52,254 nt of DNA from Bacteroidales bacterium (GCA_023145515.1 JAGLDP010000017.1:1-52254); one strand, 5' to 3'; shown: positions 20,115 through 30,403, counted from the first letter of the stretch. Numbers and translations are program-made. The notes: a model not told the origin generated them from the letters alone.

Positions 20115-22516
20115 TCATCACCAGGCAAAATAAATTGTCTGTTTTAAAGTTATATTCAAATATAAAAAGCTTTTTTGTGACAAGATTTCTTCTCATTATA
20201 GTATCTCTGATACTCTCCCTGAATGCACATTCCCAATCTGTCATCGGACAATGGAATGAACACTTACCTTTTGGTAATGCAGTTAAGGTGATAAAAGCCA
20301 AATCAATTGTTTATTGTGCTACCCAAAGTGGCTTATTTGAATATAATACCGAATCATATTTAATCAAAAAGTGGTCAAAAGTCAATGGTTTGAGCGGAGT
20401 TAGTATCAGCACAATGGAATATAGTGCCGAACACAGAACATTGATTATCGGATATTCAGATTCAAACATAGACTTGATTATCAACAGGAATGAAGTAATT
20501 AATATTCCCGATATCAAGCACAAACGAATGACAGGAAGCAAGCTGATCAATAGCATCAGTATTCATGAAGATCAGGCTTTTGTATCATGCGGATTTGGGA
20601 TTGTCATCATCAATCTGATCAAGGGAGAAATATCCACTACCTATAATATCGGGGAAAATGGTGACCCCCTCGAAGTTTATGAAACAGTGATTTTTAATTA
20701 TGATTCGATCTTTGCAGCTACAGCAAACGGAATCAGAAAAGCTTTTGTTCGGCATCCAAATCTCGAAAACTATCGTTTCTGGGAGAACGTTGCCGGTCTC
20801 CCCTATTCAACTGATTCCTACAGTCAGATTGCTACTCAAGACGGTATTCTTTTTGCAGCTCATCGCTCTGCTAATAACCAGAAGGATTCAATTTTCACCT
20901 ATAATGGCCATCACTGGACAGCTTTTCCATGGTCATACAAAGACATTCGGGAATTACATTTCAACCAAGGTAATCTGCTTACTACCAGCGAATTTCAACT
21001 CAATTTACATAGTCCGGAAGGAGAGCGGATCTGGCATTTAAATACATACGGATTTGATTATTTGAGAGCTGCTGATGCTCTAATAGATGAAAGCGGAATT
21101 TTATGGATAGCAGATGAATTATATGGACTAATTAAAACATCCGACAGGGAAGAGTTCGATCGTATTCGTCCGGATGGCCCCTGGGATCGAAAAGCTTTTG
21201 ACCTAACCCTTGCAGGAGATCAATTATGGTCAGCTAGTGGAGGTTACGATGGTGCGTGGAATAATGTTTGGAACTATTCTGGTGTATCTGCACGGATTGA
21301 TGGCATATGGAAAACATTCAATCCAAAAAGCTTACCTGAACTTGAAGGAATTCGTGATATTGTACGCGTAGTGGCCAATCCGGCAAACGCTAATCAGGTA
21401 TTTGCAGCATCCTGGGGTTCCGGATTGTTGGAATTTAATAGCGGGGAATTTGTCACCCTCCATAACGAAACAAATACCGAAGGAGCCTTAAGCAGTATTT
21501 TTCCGGGAAAACCATATATCAGGATTGGAGGGATGGCATTCGATTCACAAAACAACCTATGGGTAAGCAATAGCAGTGTACCTTCTCCTGTATCAGTGAG
21601 AAAACCAGATGGAAGCTGGAAAAGTTTTCCGTATGGAGTTTTACTGGGTGAAGCTTTTAGCGGCAGAATGGTAATTACTGCAGGAGATGTCAAATGGGTT
21701 CAGCTTCCTAAAGGATACGGCTTGTTAGCCTTTTACAATGGGAATGATCTGGATGACGAATCAGACGACAAGCAGGAGGTCGTAATTGTGAGGGCCTTGT
21801 GGCCCCAGAATAACATCAAAGTCATTAATGATATCCATTCCATGGCCGTAGATCTTGAAAACCGACTTTGGCTTGGTACCTCCAGTGGTGTAGCTGTCTT
21901 TTATTCTCCTTCGAGAGTATTTGAGGACTATCCTTCGCGCTTTTATTGTAGTCAACCCAGCGTTGACGAGGGTGATGGACTCTACCATGCACTTCTTGAG
22001 ACAGAAACTGTTACAGCCATTGCTGTTGACGGCGCCAATAGAAAATGGTTCGGAACCCGCAATTCAGGCGTATTTCTAACAAACTCAGAGGGCAATAAAT
22101 TGATCAGAAGCTTTAATGTGCTGAACTCACCATTATTATCCAATAACATATTCTCTATCGCCATTGATCATAAAACCGGGGAAGTATATTTTGGTACTGA
22201 AGGCGGAATTGTTAGCTACCGGGGAGATGCCATTAGCGATCAGCAAGCAAATGAGCAAGTCTATTCCTTCCCAAATCCTGTAAGACCAGATTATCAAGGT
22301 CCGATAACAATCCGTGGGTTGGCCGCCAATTCCATTGTCAAAGTAACAGATATAAACGGAAATCTGGTGTTTGAAACAGAGAGTCTGGGCGGACAAGCAA
22401 TTTGGCATGGAAAGGATTTACAAGGGCAACGAGTGCATAGCGGAGTTTATATGGTGTTTTCATCAACAAACACAGCAAGCCAAAAATCAGTTGCTAAAAT
22501 CCTCTTTATCAGATAA
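20111..22516 (+). CDS. porZ: PorZ-like T9SS component (beta-propellers plus CTD)
   Basis: [25 protein letters not shown] and NSPLLSNNI motifs; CTD FPNPVRP; typical position between rdgB and recO; exact start uncertain. Confidence 0.82.
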   Translation: MIITRQNKLSVLKLYSNIKSFFVTRFLLIIVSLILSLNAHSQSVIGQWNEHLPFGNAVKVIKAKSIVYCATQSGLFEYNTESYLIKKWSKVNGLSGVSISTMEYSAEHRTLIIGYSDSNIDLIINRNEVINIPDIKHKRMTGSKLINSISIHEDQAFVSCGFGIVIINLIKGEISTTYNIGENGDPLEVYETVIFNYDSIFAATANGIRKAFVRHPNLENYRFWENVAGLPYSTDSYSQIATQDGILFAAHRSANNQKDSIFTYNGHHWTAFPWSYKDIRELHFNQGNLLTTSEFQLNLHSPEGERIWHLNTYGFDYLRAADALIDESGILWIADELYGLIKTSDREEFDRIRPDGPWDRKAFDLTLAGDQLWSASGGYDGAWNNVWNYSGVSARIDGIWKTFNPKSLPELEGIRDIVRVVANPANANQVFAASWGSGLLEFNSGEFVTLHNETNTEGALSSIFPGKPYIRIGGMAFDSQNNLWVSNSSVPSPVSVRKPDGSWKSFPYGVLLGEAFSGRMVITAGDVKWVQLPKGYGLLAFYNGNDLDDESDDKQEVVIVRALWPQNNIKVINDIHSMAVDLENRLWLGTSSGVAVFYSPSRVFEDYPSRFYCSQPSVDEGDGLYHALLETETVTAIAVDGANRKWFGTRNSGVFLTNSEGNKLIRSFNVLNSPLLSNNIFSIAIDHKTGEVYFGTEGGIVSYRGDAISDQQANEQVYSFPNPVRPDYQGPITIRGLAANSIVKVTDINGNLVFETESLGGQAIWHGKDLQGQRVHSGVYMVFSSTNTASQKSVAKILFIR

Positions 22517-22518
22517 TC

Positions 22519-23244
22519 ATGATTCAGAAAATCAGGGCTATTGTTTTGCATCACATTAAATACGGTGATACAAGCATTATTGTTCACCTGTACACTGATT
22601 TATACGGCCGACAATCAGTGATTGTAAAAGGAGCCAGAGGACAGCGAAAAAATCGAAAGATAAGTCTGTATCACCCTCTTGCTCTACTTGACATGGAGCT
22701 CTATTACAAAGAAAACAGAGATCTGCAACAAATCCGTGAAGCCCACCCTATAGTGCCACTTCAGGGAATCATGTCTGATCCTATTAAGAATTCAGTATCT
22801 CTCTTTCTTGCAGAAGTATTATATCGATGTATCCGCGAAAATGAATCCAATCCTCCTCTGTTTGACTATCTCCTCAATAGTATTCAGTTATATGACATTA
22901 TTGACGAAGGGGCTTCACTTTTTCACCTGCACTTTTTAGCAAATCTCACCCGCTTCTTGGGATTCCGGCCCAATTTGCCAAATACTGAAGGAGATTATTG
23001 GCTCAACCTTGAAACAGGCTCGTTCAGCATTACTCGTCCTATTCATAACATGCGAATGGATCCTGAACTAAGCAGGTATCTGATCCAACTGATGAAGACT
23101 CCGGGAGATCAATTAGGAGCATTAACTATTACCCGCGTAAAGCGTAATTTGCTTATCGAAAAACTACTTGATTTTTACAGTCTCCACCTTGAAGGCATGG
23201 GTGAGATCAAATCTTTCAAGGTTTTGAAGGCAGTATTTGGGTAA
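22519..23244 (+). CDS. recO: DNA repair protein RecO
   Basis: AIVLHHIKYGDTSIIV.LYT..YG, FLAEVL, LTRFLGF.P; synteny. Confidence 0.92.
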   Translation: MIQKIRAIVLHHIKYGDTSIIVHLYTDLYGRQSVIVKGARGQRKNRKISLYHPLALLDMELYYKENRDLQQIREAHPIVPLQGIMSDPIKNSVSLFLAEVLYRCIRENESNPPLFDYLLNSIQLYDIIDEGASLFHLHFLANLTRFLGFRPNLPNTEGDYWLNLETGSFSITRPIHNMRMDPELSRYLIQLMKTPGDQLGALTITRVKRNLLIEKLLDFYSLHLEGMGEIKSFKVLKAVFG

Positions 23245-23286
23245 TCAGGAATTTCTTAACTTGCCGTACAAACCAATTCTGTGGCT

Positions 23287-25815
23287 ATGAAACTTCTGAA
23301 AACTCTTCGAATAATTGCAATCACTGCAGCCGTATGCCTTATTGCCATTATCCCTTCATTGCGTGATAATGATCAAGTTATCAAAGAAGCATATATCCCT
23401 AATGATTGGCTTCTGGCTCAACATGTATTTCCTTACGGACATCTGAACCCTGAAGCTTATGACGCTTCTCGTCAGCAAGCTATTGCAGTTCAGGAACAGT
23501 TAAAACAAATGAAATCAGGAGGAGAAGAATGGGAGTTTGCAGGTCCGATGAATGTAGGAGGAAGAATTTCTGACGTGGAAATGCATCCTGGTGATCCCAA
23601 TACCATTTACGCCTGTGCTGCATCCGGTGGGATTTATAAAAGCATTGATCAGGGTAGAGAATGGAGTCAGATTTTTGACGGATATGAAACATTGTCAATA
23701 GGAGATATGGCTGTTGCAAATACCGATAAACGAATTTTATATGTAGGAACCGGTGAGCCAAATGGAGGAAATGGCTCTATCACTTACGATGGCTACGGAG
23801 TTTATAAGTCTGTTGATGAGGGGGCCAGTTTTACTCATGTAGGACTTCAGAATGCAGGGGGCATTGGAAAAGTGGAGATTGATCCTACTAACCCCGACAA
23901 GGTATTTGTTGCATGTATGGGAAATCTCTTTTCTAACAATCCGGAACGTGGTATTTACAGAACTCTTGATGGCGGTGAAACCTGGGAAAATGTTCTATAT
24001 ATTTCAGATTCAACCGGAGGAATTGACCTGGTGATTCACCCAACTAACCCAGATATTGTATATGCAACTATGTGGGAAAGAGTACGCTATGCAACACATC
24101 GATCATATGGTGGACCTACAAGTGGATTATATCGTAGTATTGATGGTGGTGATACCTGGAATCAGCTTACCAATGGATTGCCGAGTGGAGATATTAGTCG
24201 TATTGGATTGGGAATGTGTACATCTCAGCCCAATATCATTTACGCCCACTATTCAGATAAGAACCGAAACTGGATTGATCTGTTCAAGACCACCGATGGT
24301 GGAGATACATGGGCTGCTACCAACTCAAATATACAAGGTAACTACTGGGAAGGGAAAGTGCATGTTGATCCAACAAATCCTGACATTCTTTGGTCGATGG
24401 GAGTATATATGCATTACTCTTCAGATGGGGCTCAGTCGTGGTCTAATGTAAGTAGTTCCGGCTTCTGGGTGGATCAGCACGCAGTATATGTGCATCCAAC
24501 TAACAATCAGCTTGTTATAATTGGCAATGATGGTGGTGTTTATATCTCAACAGATGGCTCCGAACGCATGACCAAGGTAATGACCCTGCCCATCACTCAG
24601 TTTTATACCTGTGAAGTAAATTACCACGATCCCGCTGATATCATGGGAGGGACTCAGGATCGGGGCACACAGCGCTCAGAAGATGGTGACCCAATGGCTT
24701 GGGAGAGTATTAATGGAGGAGATGGTTTCATTGTAAGAGTTGACCCCAGCAACCCCAAGTATATGTATGCAGCCTCTCAGCGAGGAGGATTCCGACGATC
24801 AATAAATGGAGGAGATAGGTTTACCGGAGCCAAACCAGCGAGCAGAGATCGCTACAACTGGAAAACACCTTATGTTCTCGATCCTAATGATCCCAAAACT
24901 ATTTATCTGGGTTCACACCGTGTATATAAATCAACAACAAGAGCAGCATCATGGTCGAGAATTAGTAATGACCTCACTAATGGTGATCAGCCACCCTGGA
25001 ATTACGGAACAATAACAACTCTGGCTGTTTCACCTAAAAACAGTAATATTATCTATGCAGGAACAGACGATGGTAACGTGTGGGTCAACCCCGAGGGGAG
25101 TGGTTATTCTAACTGGACAAAAATTTCAGACAATCTACCTGTACGTTGGGTGAGCTGTGTGGCGGCAGATCCATTTGAAGAAAATACCGCTTATGTAACC
25201 TTTTCAGGCATACGTTATTATGATTATCTCCCGCATGTGTTTAAAACAACAAATTTAGGTGCAAGCTGGACAGATATCTCAGGTAATCTGCCTGATTTTC
25301 CTGTTGGTAACATACAGATTGATCCTGACATTCCAGACACCTATTATATTGCAACTGATGGTGGAGTTTTCGTAAGTCGCGATGGTGGCAACTACTGGGA
25401 ATTAATGGGTCTGGGCATGCCCAATGCACCAGTTCTTGATCTGAATATACACCGACCCACCCGTACTCTGGTGGCTGCAACTTTCGGTCGCTCTATGTGG
25501 AGAATTAATCTTGCCTCTGCTACCGGATCAAATGATCATGTTTTAACAGCATCCCAATTGTTAGCTTATCCAAATCCTGCTATTGGCCAGGTAAATATTA
25601 AAATAAGTCTTAAATCTGATCAGGAAGGCCAGTTACTCATCTTCAATATTAGTGGCAAACTGGTGAAAAAGATACACGAAGGCATCTTCTTGAAAGGTGA
25701 ACAAACAATTGTTTGGGATGGAGCAGCAGCGGGTAACAATAGAGTTCCCGGCATATATATTTGCCGTTTGGTAACTAATGAAACTACTCAGGCCACCCGG
25801 GTGCAAATCCAATAA
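23287..25815 (+). CDS. VPS10/BNR-repeat beta-propeller protein with T9SS CTD
   Basis: Many S/TxDxGxxW Asp-boxes; GP.NVGGRI, GTGE and GGDGF motifs; CTD AYPNP. Confidence 0.85.
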   Translation: MKLLKTLRIIAITAAVCLIAIIPSLRDNDQVIKEAYIPNDWLLAQHVFPYGHLNPEAYDASRQQAIAVQEQLKQMKSGGEEWEFAGPMNVGGRISDVEMHPGDPNTIYACAASGGIYKSIDQGREWSQIFDGYETLSIGDMAVANTDKRILYVGTGEPNGGNGSITYDGYGVYKSVDEGASFTHVGLQNAGGIGKVEIDPTNPDKVFVACMGNLFSNNPERGIYRTLDGGETWENVLYISDSTGGIDLVIHPTNPDIVYATMWERVRYATHRSYGGPTSGLYRSIDGGDTWNQLTNGLPSGDISRIGLGMCTSQPNIIYAHYSDKNRNWIDLFKTTDGGDTWAATNSNIQGNYWEGKVHVDPTNPDILWSMGVYMHYSSDGAQSWSNVSSSGFWVDQHAVYVHPTNNQLVIIGNDGGVYISTDGSERMTKVMTLPITQFYTCEVNYHDPADIMGGTQDRGTQRSEDGDPMAWESINGGDGFIVRVDPSNPKYMYAASQRGGFRRSINGGDRFTGAKPASRDRYNWKTPYVLDPNDPKTIYLGSHRVYKSTTRAASWSRISNDLTNGDQPPWNYGTITTLAVSPKNSNIIYAGTDDGNVWVNPEGSGYSNWTKISDNLPVRWVSCVAADPFEENTAYVTFSGIRYYDYLPHVFKTTNLGASWTDISGNLPDFPVGNIQIDPDIPDTYYIATDGGVFVSRDGGNYWELMGLGMPNAPVLDLNIHRPTRTLVAATFGRSMWRINLASATGSNDHVLTASQLLAYPNPAIGQVNIKISLKSDQEGQLLIFNISGKLVKKIHEGIFLKGEQTIVWDGAAAGNNRVPGIYICRLVTNETTQATRVQIQ

Positions 25816-25836
25816 TCCTTAAGAGGCTGTTAACGC

Positions 25837-26364
25837 CTACAAACCAACTGTAACAGTAGTATTTAACACTACTGCCAGAGTGTATTGAATGTCACTTGTA
25901 TCTGAGAAGCCTGCGAATTGCACCTCCACATCGCCAAGAGCACTCAGCATAGTTGATAAAGTATCGAATTCTTGATTATCATTGGGCAGTTCCAAGATAA
26001 CATCATTAGTAATTGAAATATTTTCAAAATCCCAGCTTACTGATTGATCATTTCCAGAAATAGTAAGAGTTGCATTTGTGAGTACAACATTTTGGTCTAA
26101 ACCCGTAACAGTTGCAGTAAGATCATTCACCACAATTCCACGAATATTATCAACATAATTAGCTAAAGCTGCATCTCCAGCCAGGTTAACAGACTTTGTA
26201 ACATCAAAAGGGGCTGGTGAAGATTTCATACCAGGATTTTCAACAACTACATCCAGATTTATTGGAAAATTGATATCAATATCCGTCTTCACATAACTCC
26301 CATAATCAACACATCCAACTATAAGGAATATAGCACCGAGTAAGAAAAAGCTTCTTTTAATCAT
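25837..26364 (-). CDS. Hypothetical lipoprotein
   Basis: Signal peptide with lipobox IVGC; beta-rich mature region. Confidence 0.75.
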   Translation of the reverse strand: MIKRSFFLLGAIFLIVGCVDYGSYVKTDIDINFPINLDVVVENPGMKSSPAPFDVTKSVNLAGDAALANYVDNIRGIVVNDLTATVTGLDQNVVLTNATLTISGNDQSVSWDFENISITNDVILELPNDNQEFDTLSTMLSALGDVEVQFAGFSDTSDIQYTLAVVLNTTVTVGL

Positions 26365-26454
26365 AACAAATACAATTTTTGGTTAATCAATTCTTGACCG
26401 GCGAAGGTAAATAAAAAAGATTTAATGTTTTTTTGTACTTTCGCATCCACAATT

Positions 26455-26526
26455 GGCCCCATAGTTCAAGGGATAGAACAGAAGTTTCCTAAACTTCAGA
26501 TTCAGGTTCGAGTCCTGGTGGGGCTA
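26455..26526 (+). tRNA. tRNA-Arg (anticodon CCT)
   Basis: Acceptor GGCCCCA/TGGGGCT plus A; anticodon arm GAAGT-TT CCT AA-ACTTC; T-loop GGTTCGAGTCC. Confidence 0.96.
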
Positions 26527-26541
26527 CTAATACAATTACCT

Positions 26542-26574
26542 AACCAGCTAATTACTAGCTGGTTTTGTTTTTTT
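26542..26574 (+). terminator. Terminator-like hairpin after tRNA-Arg
   Basis: AACCAGCTA-ATTAC-TAGCTGGTT followed by TTGTTTTTTT. Confidence 0.8.
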
Positions 26575-26621
26575 GAACCCCTCAATTGCACCCCTTTTCT
26601 GTACCCCCCGAATTGTATCCC
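26573..26621 (+). repeat. Four phased 9-bp direct repeats, putative tyrosine-integrase arm-type sites
   Basis: TTGAACCCC 26573, TTGCACCCC 26586, CTGTACCCC 26599, TTGTATCCC 26613; spacing 13/13/14. Confidence 0.55.
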
Positions 26622-26879
26622 AAATTACTATTCTTCACAAAATTCCAGCTTCACCTGAAGACTGGTGATAAACCATTGATGATAAATAAGAATGGGATTA
26701 GGTGGAGGCTGGATTCGAGTTTCATAGTCAATATTTATAAATCACGTTTTCTGTAGAAACTTCATCAGCACGATATGTAAGTTTTCTCAAATTCCGCAAC
26801 GTTCATGCTTGGAAATGAACACAAATTTTTGGAAGAATGAAACCATCAAATTATTCAGATTTAAAGATCATCTCGAACT

Positions 26880-27000
26880 TTAAAGAACACGAGGATACAC
26901 GCATGGGAAGGAAGCTTGGTGTCTTCCAAAATTGTTCCACTTCTATGGTTAGTTCTACTCCTACACTCCATACTCTAAATTCCCAAGCCTGCTGACTAGC
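26880..27000 (-). pseudogene. IS1595-family transposase N-terminal remnant
   Basis: Minus strand reads ASQQAWE / frameshift / ECRSRTNHRSGTILEDTKLP, resembling the IS1595 zinc-ribbon CxxC...R.GT.....KLP motif. Confidence 0.5.
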
Positions 27001-27002
27001 TG

Positions 27003-28184
27003 TTATCTTTTACTTTTTTGAGGTTCAAGTAAAACCAGAATCAAATTGTTTGAGTTTTCTTCATCCTCAATTAACTCAACAAGTTCATCTCTAATTTTTG
27101 GTAGAATTACTTCCTTCTTCTTCAGACATTCCAAGTCGTAAAATTGACCTATTACATCAAGAGTAACCAACCCTACGTATTTTTTCAGCTCTTTATTGTA
27201 GCTATGAATAAATACAGGTTCAATGCCAAACAAATCATTTTCCATTGTTGGTGTAATAAATATTTTTGAGGTATCGCAGGTTGTTTGATGACTAAGACTA
27301 AACACTTCATCATTTTTCTTATCATAAGCAACATTGATCCGCTCTTGACCATTCATCCCTTCAACAAATAAAAAACCACCATACTCATTGACGCTGAAAA
27401 CTTTAAACGATTCCTTGTTGGATGGCACGTCAACAATATTGGTTGGGATGACCTCTCCATCAGGAGTGATTGTGTACACTGTGTCGATACTTGATTCCCA
27501 AAAGTAGAATCTTTCAGAACCCTGATTAATGGTTGCAGTAGAGGACTTATTAAGGTGATTATTGTTAGGAAGAATTTTTCTAATCATATTAACATCTAAA
27601 TCAAGAAGTACCAAGCTGTGAAATTCATCAATCTGATTATTTGGTTTTTTGCAAAGGACAAGGAAATGATCGTCTGAAATGAATCTGATGTCAGTGGCAA
27701 ATCTAGCTGGAATAATCTCACTAGTATTTTGTTCTTTTATAAATTCCCCGTTGGTGTTGTATTTGATTATCTTCTGTCGTACTCCGTCCACAATAAAAAC
27801 AAACCGATCTTTAGCGTCCATTACCACCTCGCTGGCATGATGAAATTCACCCGGTCCTTTACCTTTTCTACCAATGTGTCTAACAAACTTCCCATCCTTA
27901 GTAAATAGTATTATTCTGTCTTCAACATTATCTGACACCATAATGTATTTCTCACCAATAGAAAGGGAACTGACATTAGTTATATAAGTTTCCATCCTTG
28001 GCTCTAAAACAATAAGCTCTACATCGGTAACAACGTCACTAAGTTTGATGTTTTTATTCTGTTCCAATCCCTTGCTAATGTCAATAATTACAGGAGCTCC
28101 AATATCCGATTTATCTCCAGAGCAGCTTTGGAAAAGAAATCCTGTGATTGTAAAAGCAAGTAAAAAAAAGATAGTTCTCTGCAT
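27003..28184 (-). CDS. 6-bladed beta-propeller lipoprotein (DUF5128/DUF4934-like)
   Basis: Lipobox FQSC; IKLSD..DVELI.LE; DGKFVRHIGRKGKGPGEF; C-terminal N..LV; TACATTTG -7 box at 28238-28231. Confidence 0.82.
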   Translation of the reverse strand: MQRTIFFLLAFTITGFLFQSCSGDKSDIGAPVIIDISKGLEQNKNIKLSDVVTDVELIVLEPRMETYITNVSSLSIGEKYIMVSDNVEDRIILFTKDGKFVRHIGRKGKGPGEFHHASEVVMDAKDRFVFIVDGVRQKIIKYNTNGEFIKEQNTSEIIPARFATDIRFISDDHFLVLCKKPNNQIDEFHSLVLLDLDVNMIRKILPNNNHLNKSSTATINQGSERFYFWESSIDTVYTITPDGEVIPTNIVDVPSNKESFKVFSVNEYGGFLFVEGMNGQERINVAYDKKNDEVFSLSHQTTCDTSKIFITPTMENDLFGIEPVFIHSYNKELKKYVGLVTLDVIGQFYDLECLKKKEVILPKIRDELVELIEDEENSNNLILVLLEPQKSKR

Positions 28185-28349
28185 GATATAAAAGATTTGA
28201 TTCAGTAAGGTTTCGTTTGACTCTCTCTTTCAAATGTACTAATAAAATGGTTTTAGACCAATTTCAAGATACACATTCATTGCAGGTAATAATCAGGAAA
28301 TAAAGCAGATGGTTATAACACATTGAGACTATTAACTAATTTGTTAATC

Positions 28350-28429
28350 AAAGGTTAGTGAAAGGGAAAATCCTTATGTTGTATTCTTCAAAATTAGAAA
28401 ACGTTAATAAATAGAAAAATGAACCTTAA
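28350..28429 (+). pseudogene. 3' stub of a deleted paralog of 28555..29694
   Basis: About 80 bp matching 29637-29716 (about 7 substitutions and 2 indels by eye); encodes KVSERENPYVVFFKIRKR-stop versus KVSENDNPYVVLFKIRKR-stop. Confidence 0.88.
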
Positions 28430-28554
28430 TTTTGGATTTTTGAATGAAGTAATAATAACCTTAACTTTATGAGAAATCGAGTACAATACAATTCAACTTT
28501 AAACACCATCTCTTCACATCAGACTCAAGACCTAAACATAAATGTTATATAGAT

Positions 28555-29694
28555 ATGAGAACACCTTCTTTAGCTGTTATTATTACCCTTGTATTGTTCA
28601 CCATGTTGCAAGCATGTACTTCCAAGAAGTCCGAACCAAGTCAATATCCAGAAGTTATAAAAATTGATGTTGACGATAAGGATCGTGATTTATTGAAAAT
28701 TAGTTTAGATGATGTTTTTCCTCTTGAAACTTCTCAAACCAGCCTGCTAGGTTACGTATCCAAGGCACGATATTTTAATAATCGATTTTATATTCTTGAT
28801 AATTTAAGGAGTGAATCATTCTTTGTTTTTGATAAAAGAGGAGACTTCATTACCAAAACAATCAAGGGGAAAGGACCGGGTGAAATTTCAGATCCGTTTG
28901 CTTTTACAATAATCAAAGAAGATTCTGTTATTTTTTTATATGATCAAAGGAAACGAGCAATCCACTTTTACGACCTAGATCTTAATCACCTACGGTCTAA
29001 AAGACTTGTTGATGAATATATCTTGGATATTGACAATATCAATCGTGATTCTTTCCTTATCTACCATAACGCTGTAAGTACAAGTTCTCAAGGAGTTATA
29101 AGTGTTGTTCCTTATACACTATGCGATAAGGGGTTTACAAAAAAGGAGCATCTAGGCATTCGTTTACCCAGCAATAAAACAGTTCAATCATTATATAGTC
29201 CAGTCAGTATTGAAAATGATGAAGTTTTCTTTGTTGCTCCATGGAATTATAATATCTATCAACTATTTGAAGGAAAGGAAAGAGTTAGGTACAGTTTGGA
29301 TTATGGAAAATATCAATTCTCATCAAAGGAGTTAGAAACACTTACATCTCCTGATCTGTGGTATCACATTAAGCAAGGAAATCGTGGAGGACTTCCATAC
29401 AGCTTATTCAGAACTGATGATTTTCTAATAATTATTACACGCATTGAAGACAGGATTTTGACTTACATTCGTTCAAATAAGAGTAAGAAAGTCTTTTGTC
29501 TTAACGATTGTATTGATGCTAATCTAATGCCAGATTGTAAGATTTGGGGAGTTAAACCTGATGGGACATTTTATGGAATGGTTGAACCAACACAACTTAT
29601 TAAATATCAGAAATCCAGTGGTCAGTATAAAAACTTAAAGGTTAGTGAAAATGACAATCCATATGTTGTATTGTTCAAAATAAGAAAACGTTAA
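28555..29694 (+). CDS. 6-bladed beta-propeller lipoprotein
   Basis: Lipobox LQAC; PLET..SLLG; KGKGPGEI; C-terminal DNPYVV. Confidence 0.82.
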   Translation: MRTPSLAVIITLVLFTMLQACTSKKSEPSQYPEVIKIDVDDKDRDLLKISLDDVFPLETSQTSLLGYVSKARYFNNRFYILDNLRSESFFVFDKRGDFITKTIKGKGPGEISDPFAFTIIKEDSVIFLYDQRKRAIHFYDLDLNHLRSKRLVDEYILDIDNINRDSFLIYHNAVSTSSQGVISVVPYTLCDKGFTKKEHLGIRLPSNKTVQSLYSPVSIENDEVFFVAPWNYNIYQLFEGKERVRYSLDYGKYQFSSKELETLTSPDLWYHIKQGNRGGLPYSLFRTDDFLIIITRIEDRILTYIRSNKSKKVFCLNDCIDANLMPDCKIWGVKPDGTFYGMVEPTQLIKYQKSSGQYKNLKVSENDNPYVVLFKIRKR

Positions 29695-29797
29695 ATAAAT
29701 AGAGAATGAACCTTAACTGTTTAGCTGGTACTGAAATTACTAATAATAGTTAGGTCATTTTCTAAAACATACTAAATCTTAAATGCTGAAAAACATT

Positions 29798-29878
29798 CTA
29801 TCCGTTGAGAATTAGTACCAGAGAACTCATTGGCCGGAGGCCAATGGTTCCCCAGTACTAACTAAATGGTTCGGATAG
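29798..29878. other. 81-bp nested imperfect hairpin (possible ncRNA or REP/MITE-like element)
   Basis: CTATCCG/CGGATAG, TTAGTAC/GTACTAA, GAAC/GTTC and CATTGGCC-GGA-GGCCAATG. Confidence 0.6.
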
Positions 29879-29952
29879 TCAAAGAACATGCATTTCCATT
29901 ATGCTGCCATATTCTGATCCGTTAGATGCCCATCCACGTTACTCAACAATAC

Positions 29953-30062
29953 TGGACTTACCCCCAAAAGATGGACGCTGAGTTAAGCTAGGCCACATTG
30001 TTAAAATTACTATTTATTTTCTTAAACTCATCTATCGTTTTATATCCTAAAGCTGAATGCCT
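29953..30062 (-). mobile_element. IS3-family right-end remnant (IRR plus transposase C-terminus)
   Basis: TGGACTTACCCCCAAAAGATGGAC (29953-29976) has IS3-type IR form; adjacent minus-strand RHSALGYKTIDEF is the typical IS3 OrfB C-terminal motif. Confidence 0.8.
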
Positions 30063-30275
30063 TCCAGTTTTACCAATTCCAATATCTGACACTGTCAACT
30101 CTCCACAACCGTGTTCTAGTAATGCTTTCTTAATGTTAAAATCAGATTTATTTATTATAGTAATAAAAGCAGTGTTTTCTGTAATAGTTTCTTTAGAATT
30201 AACTACGGAGTTTAGAAACCAAATGCAAAAACACAATGTTATTCCAATAAAAAATCCTAGAGTTGTATTGTTCAT
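29988..30275 (-). pseudogene. Chimeric ORF: truncated membrane-anchored hypothetical protein fused to IS3 OrfB tail
   Basis: N-terminal TM segment and I.IINKS..I motif, then an abrupt switch to RHSALGYKT near 30062. Confidence 0.65.
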
Positions 30276-30288
30276 AATTTATTATTAA

Positions 30289-30403
30289 TGCTAACCTATA
30301 AGTGTTCTATCAGTCGTTCTGCATAAATGTAATATTTCCTCTGAGGATTGTCAATGATATTCAGCATGTTGTTATAGATTGTTTTGAGAATGACTGATAA
30401 CAC
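30289..30403 (-). other. Degenerate attC-like inverted repeat upstream of the chimeric ORF
   Basis: Arms 30302-30320 / 30387-30403 with 2 extrahelical bases; GTTAGCA on minus strand (30295-30289) 13 nt before the ATG; the complementary ..TAAC box is not conserved. Confidence 0.4.

Noticed and set aside
26425-26658. 77-aa ORF
   Set aside because: Overlaps tRNA-Arg and its terminator
28469-28552. 27-codon ORF just before the propeller gene as a possible precursor peptide
   Set aside because: No leader, Cys or double-Gly features, and its ATG overlaps a promoter-like TAACTTTA
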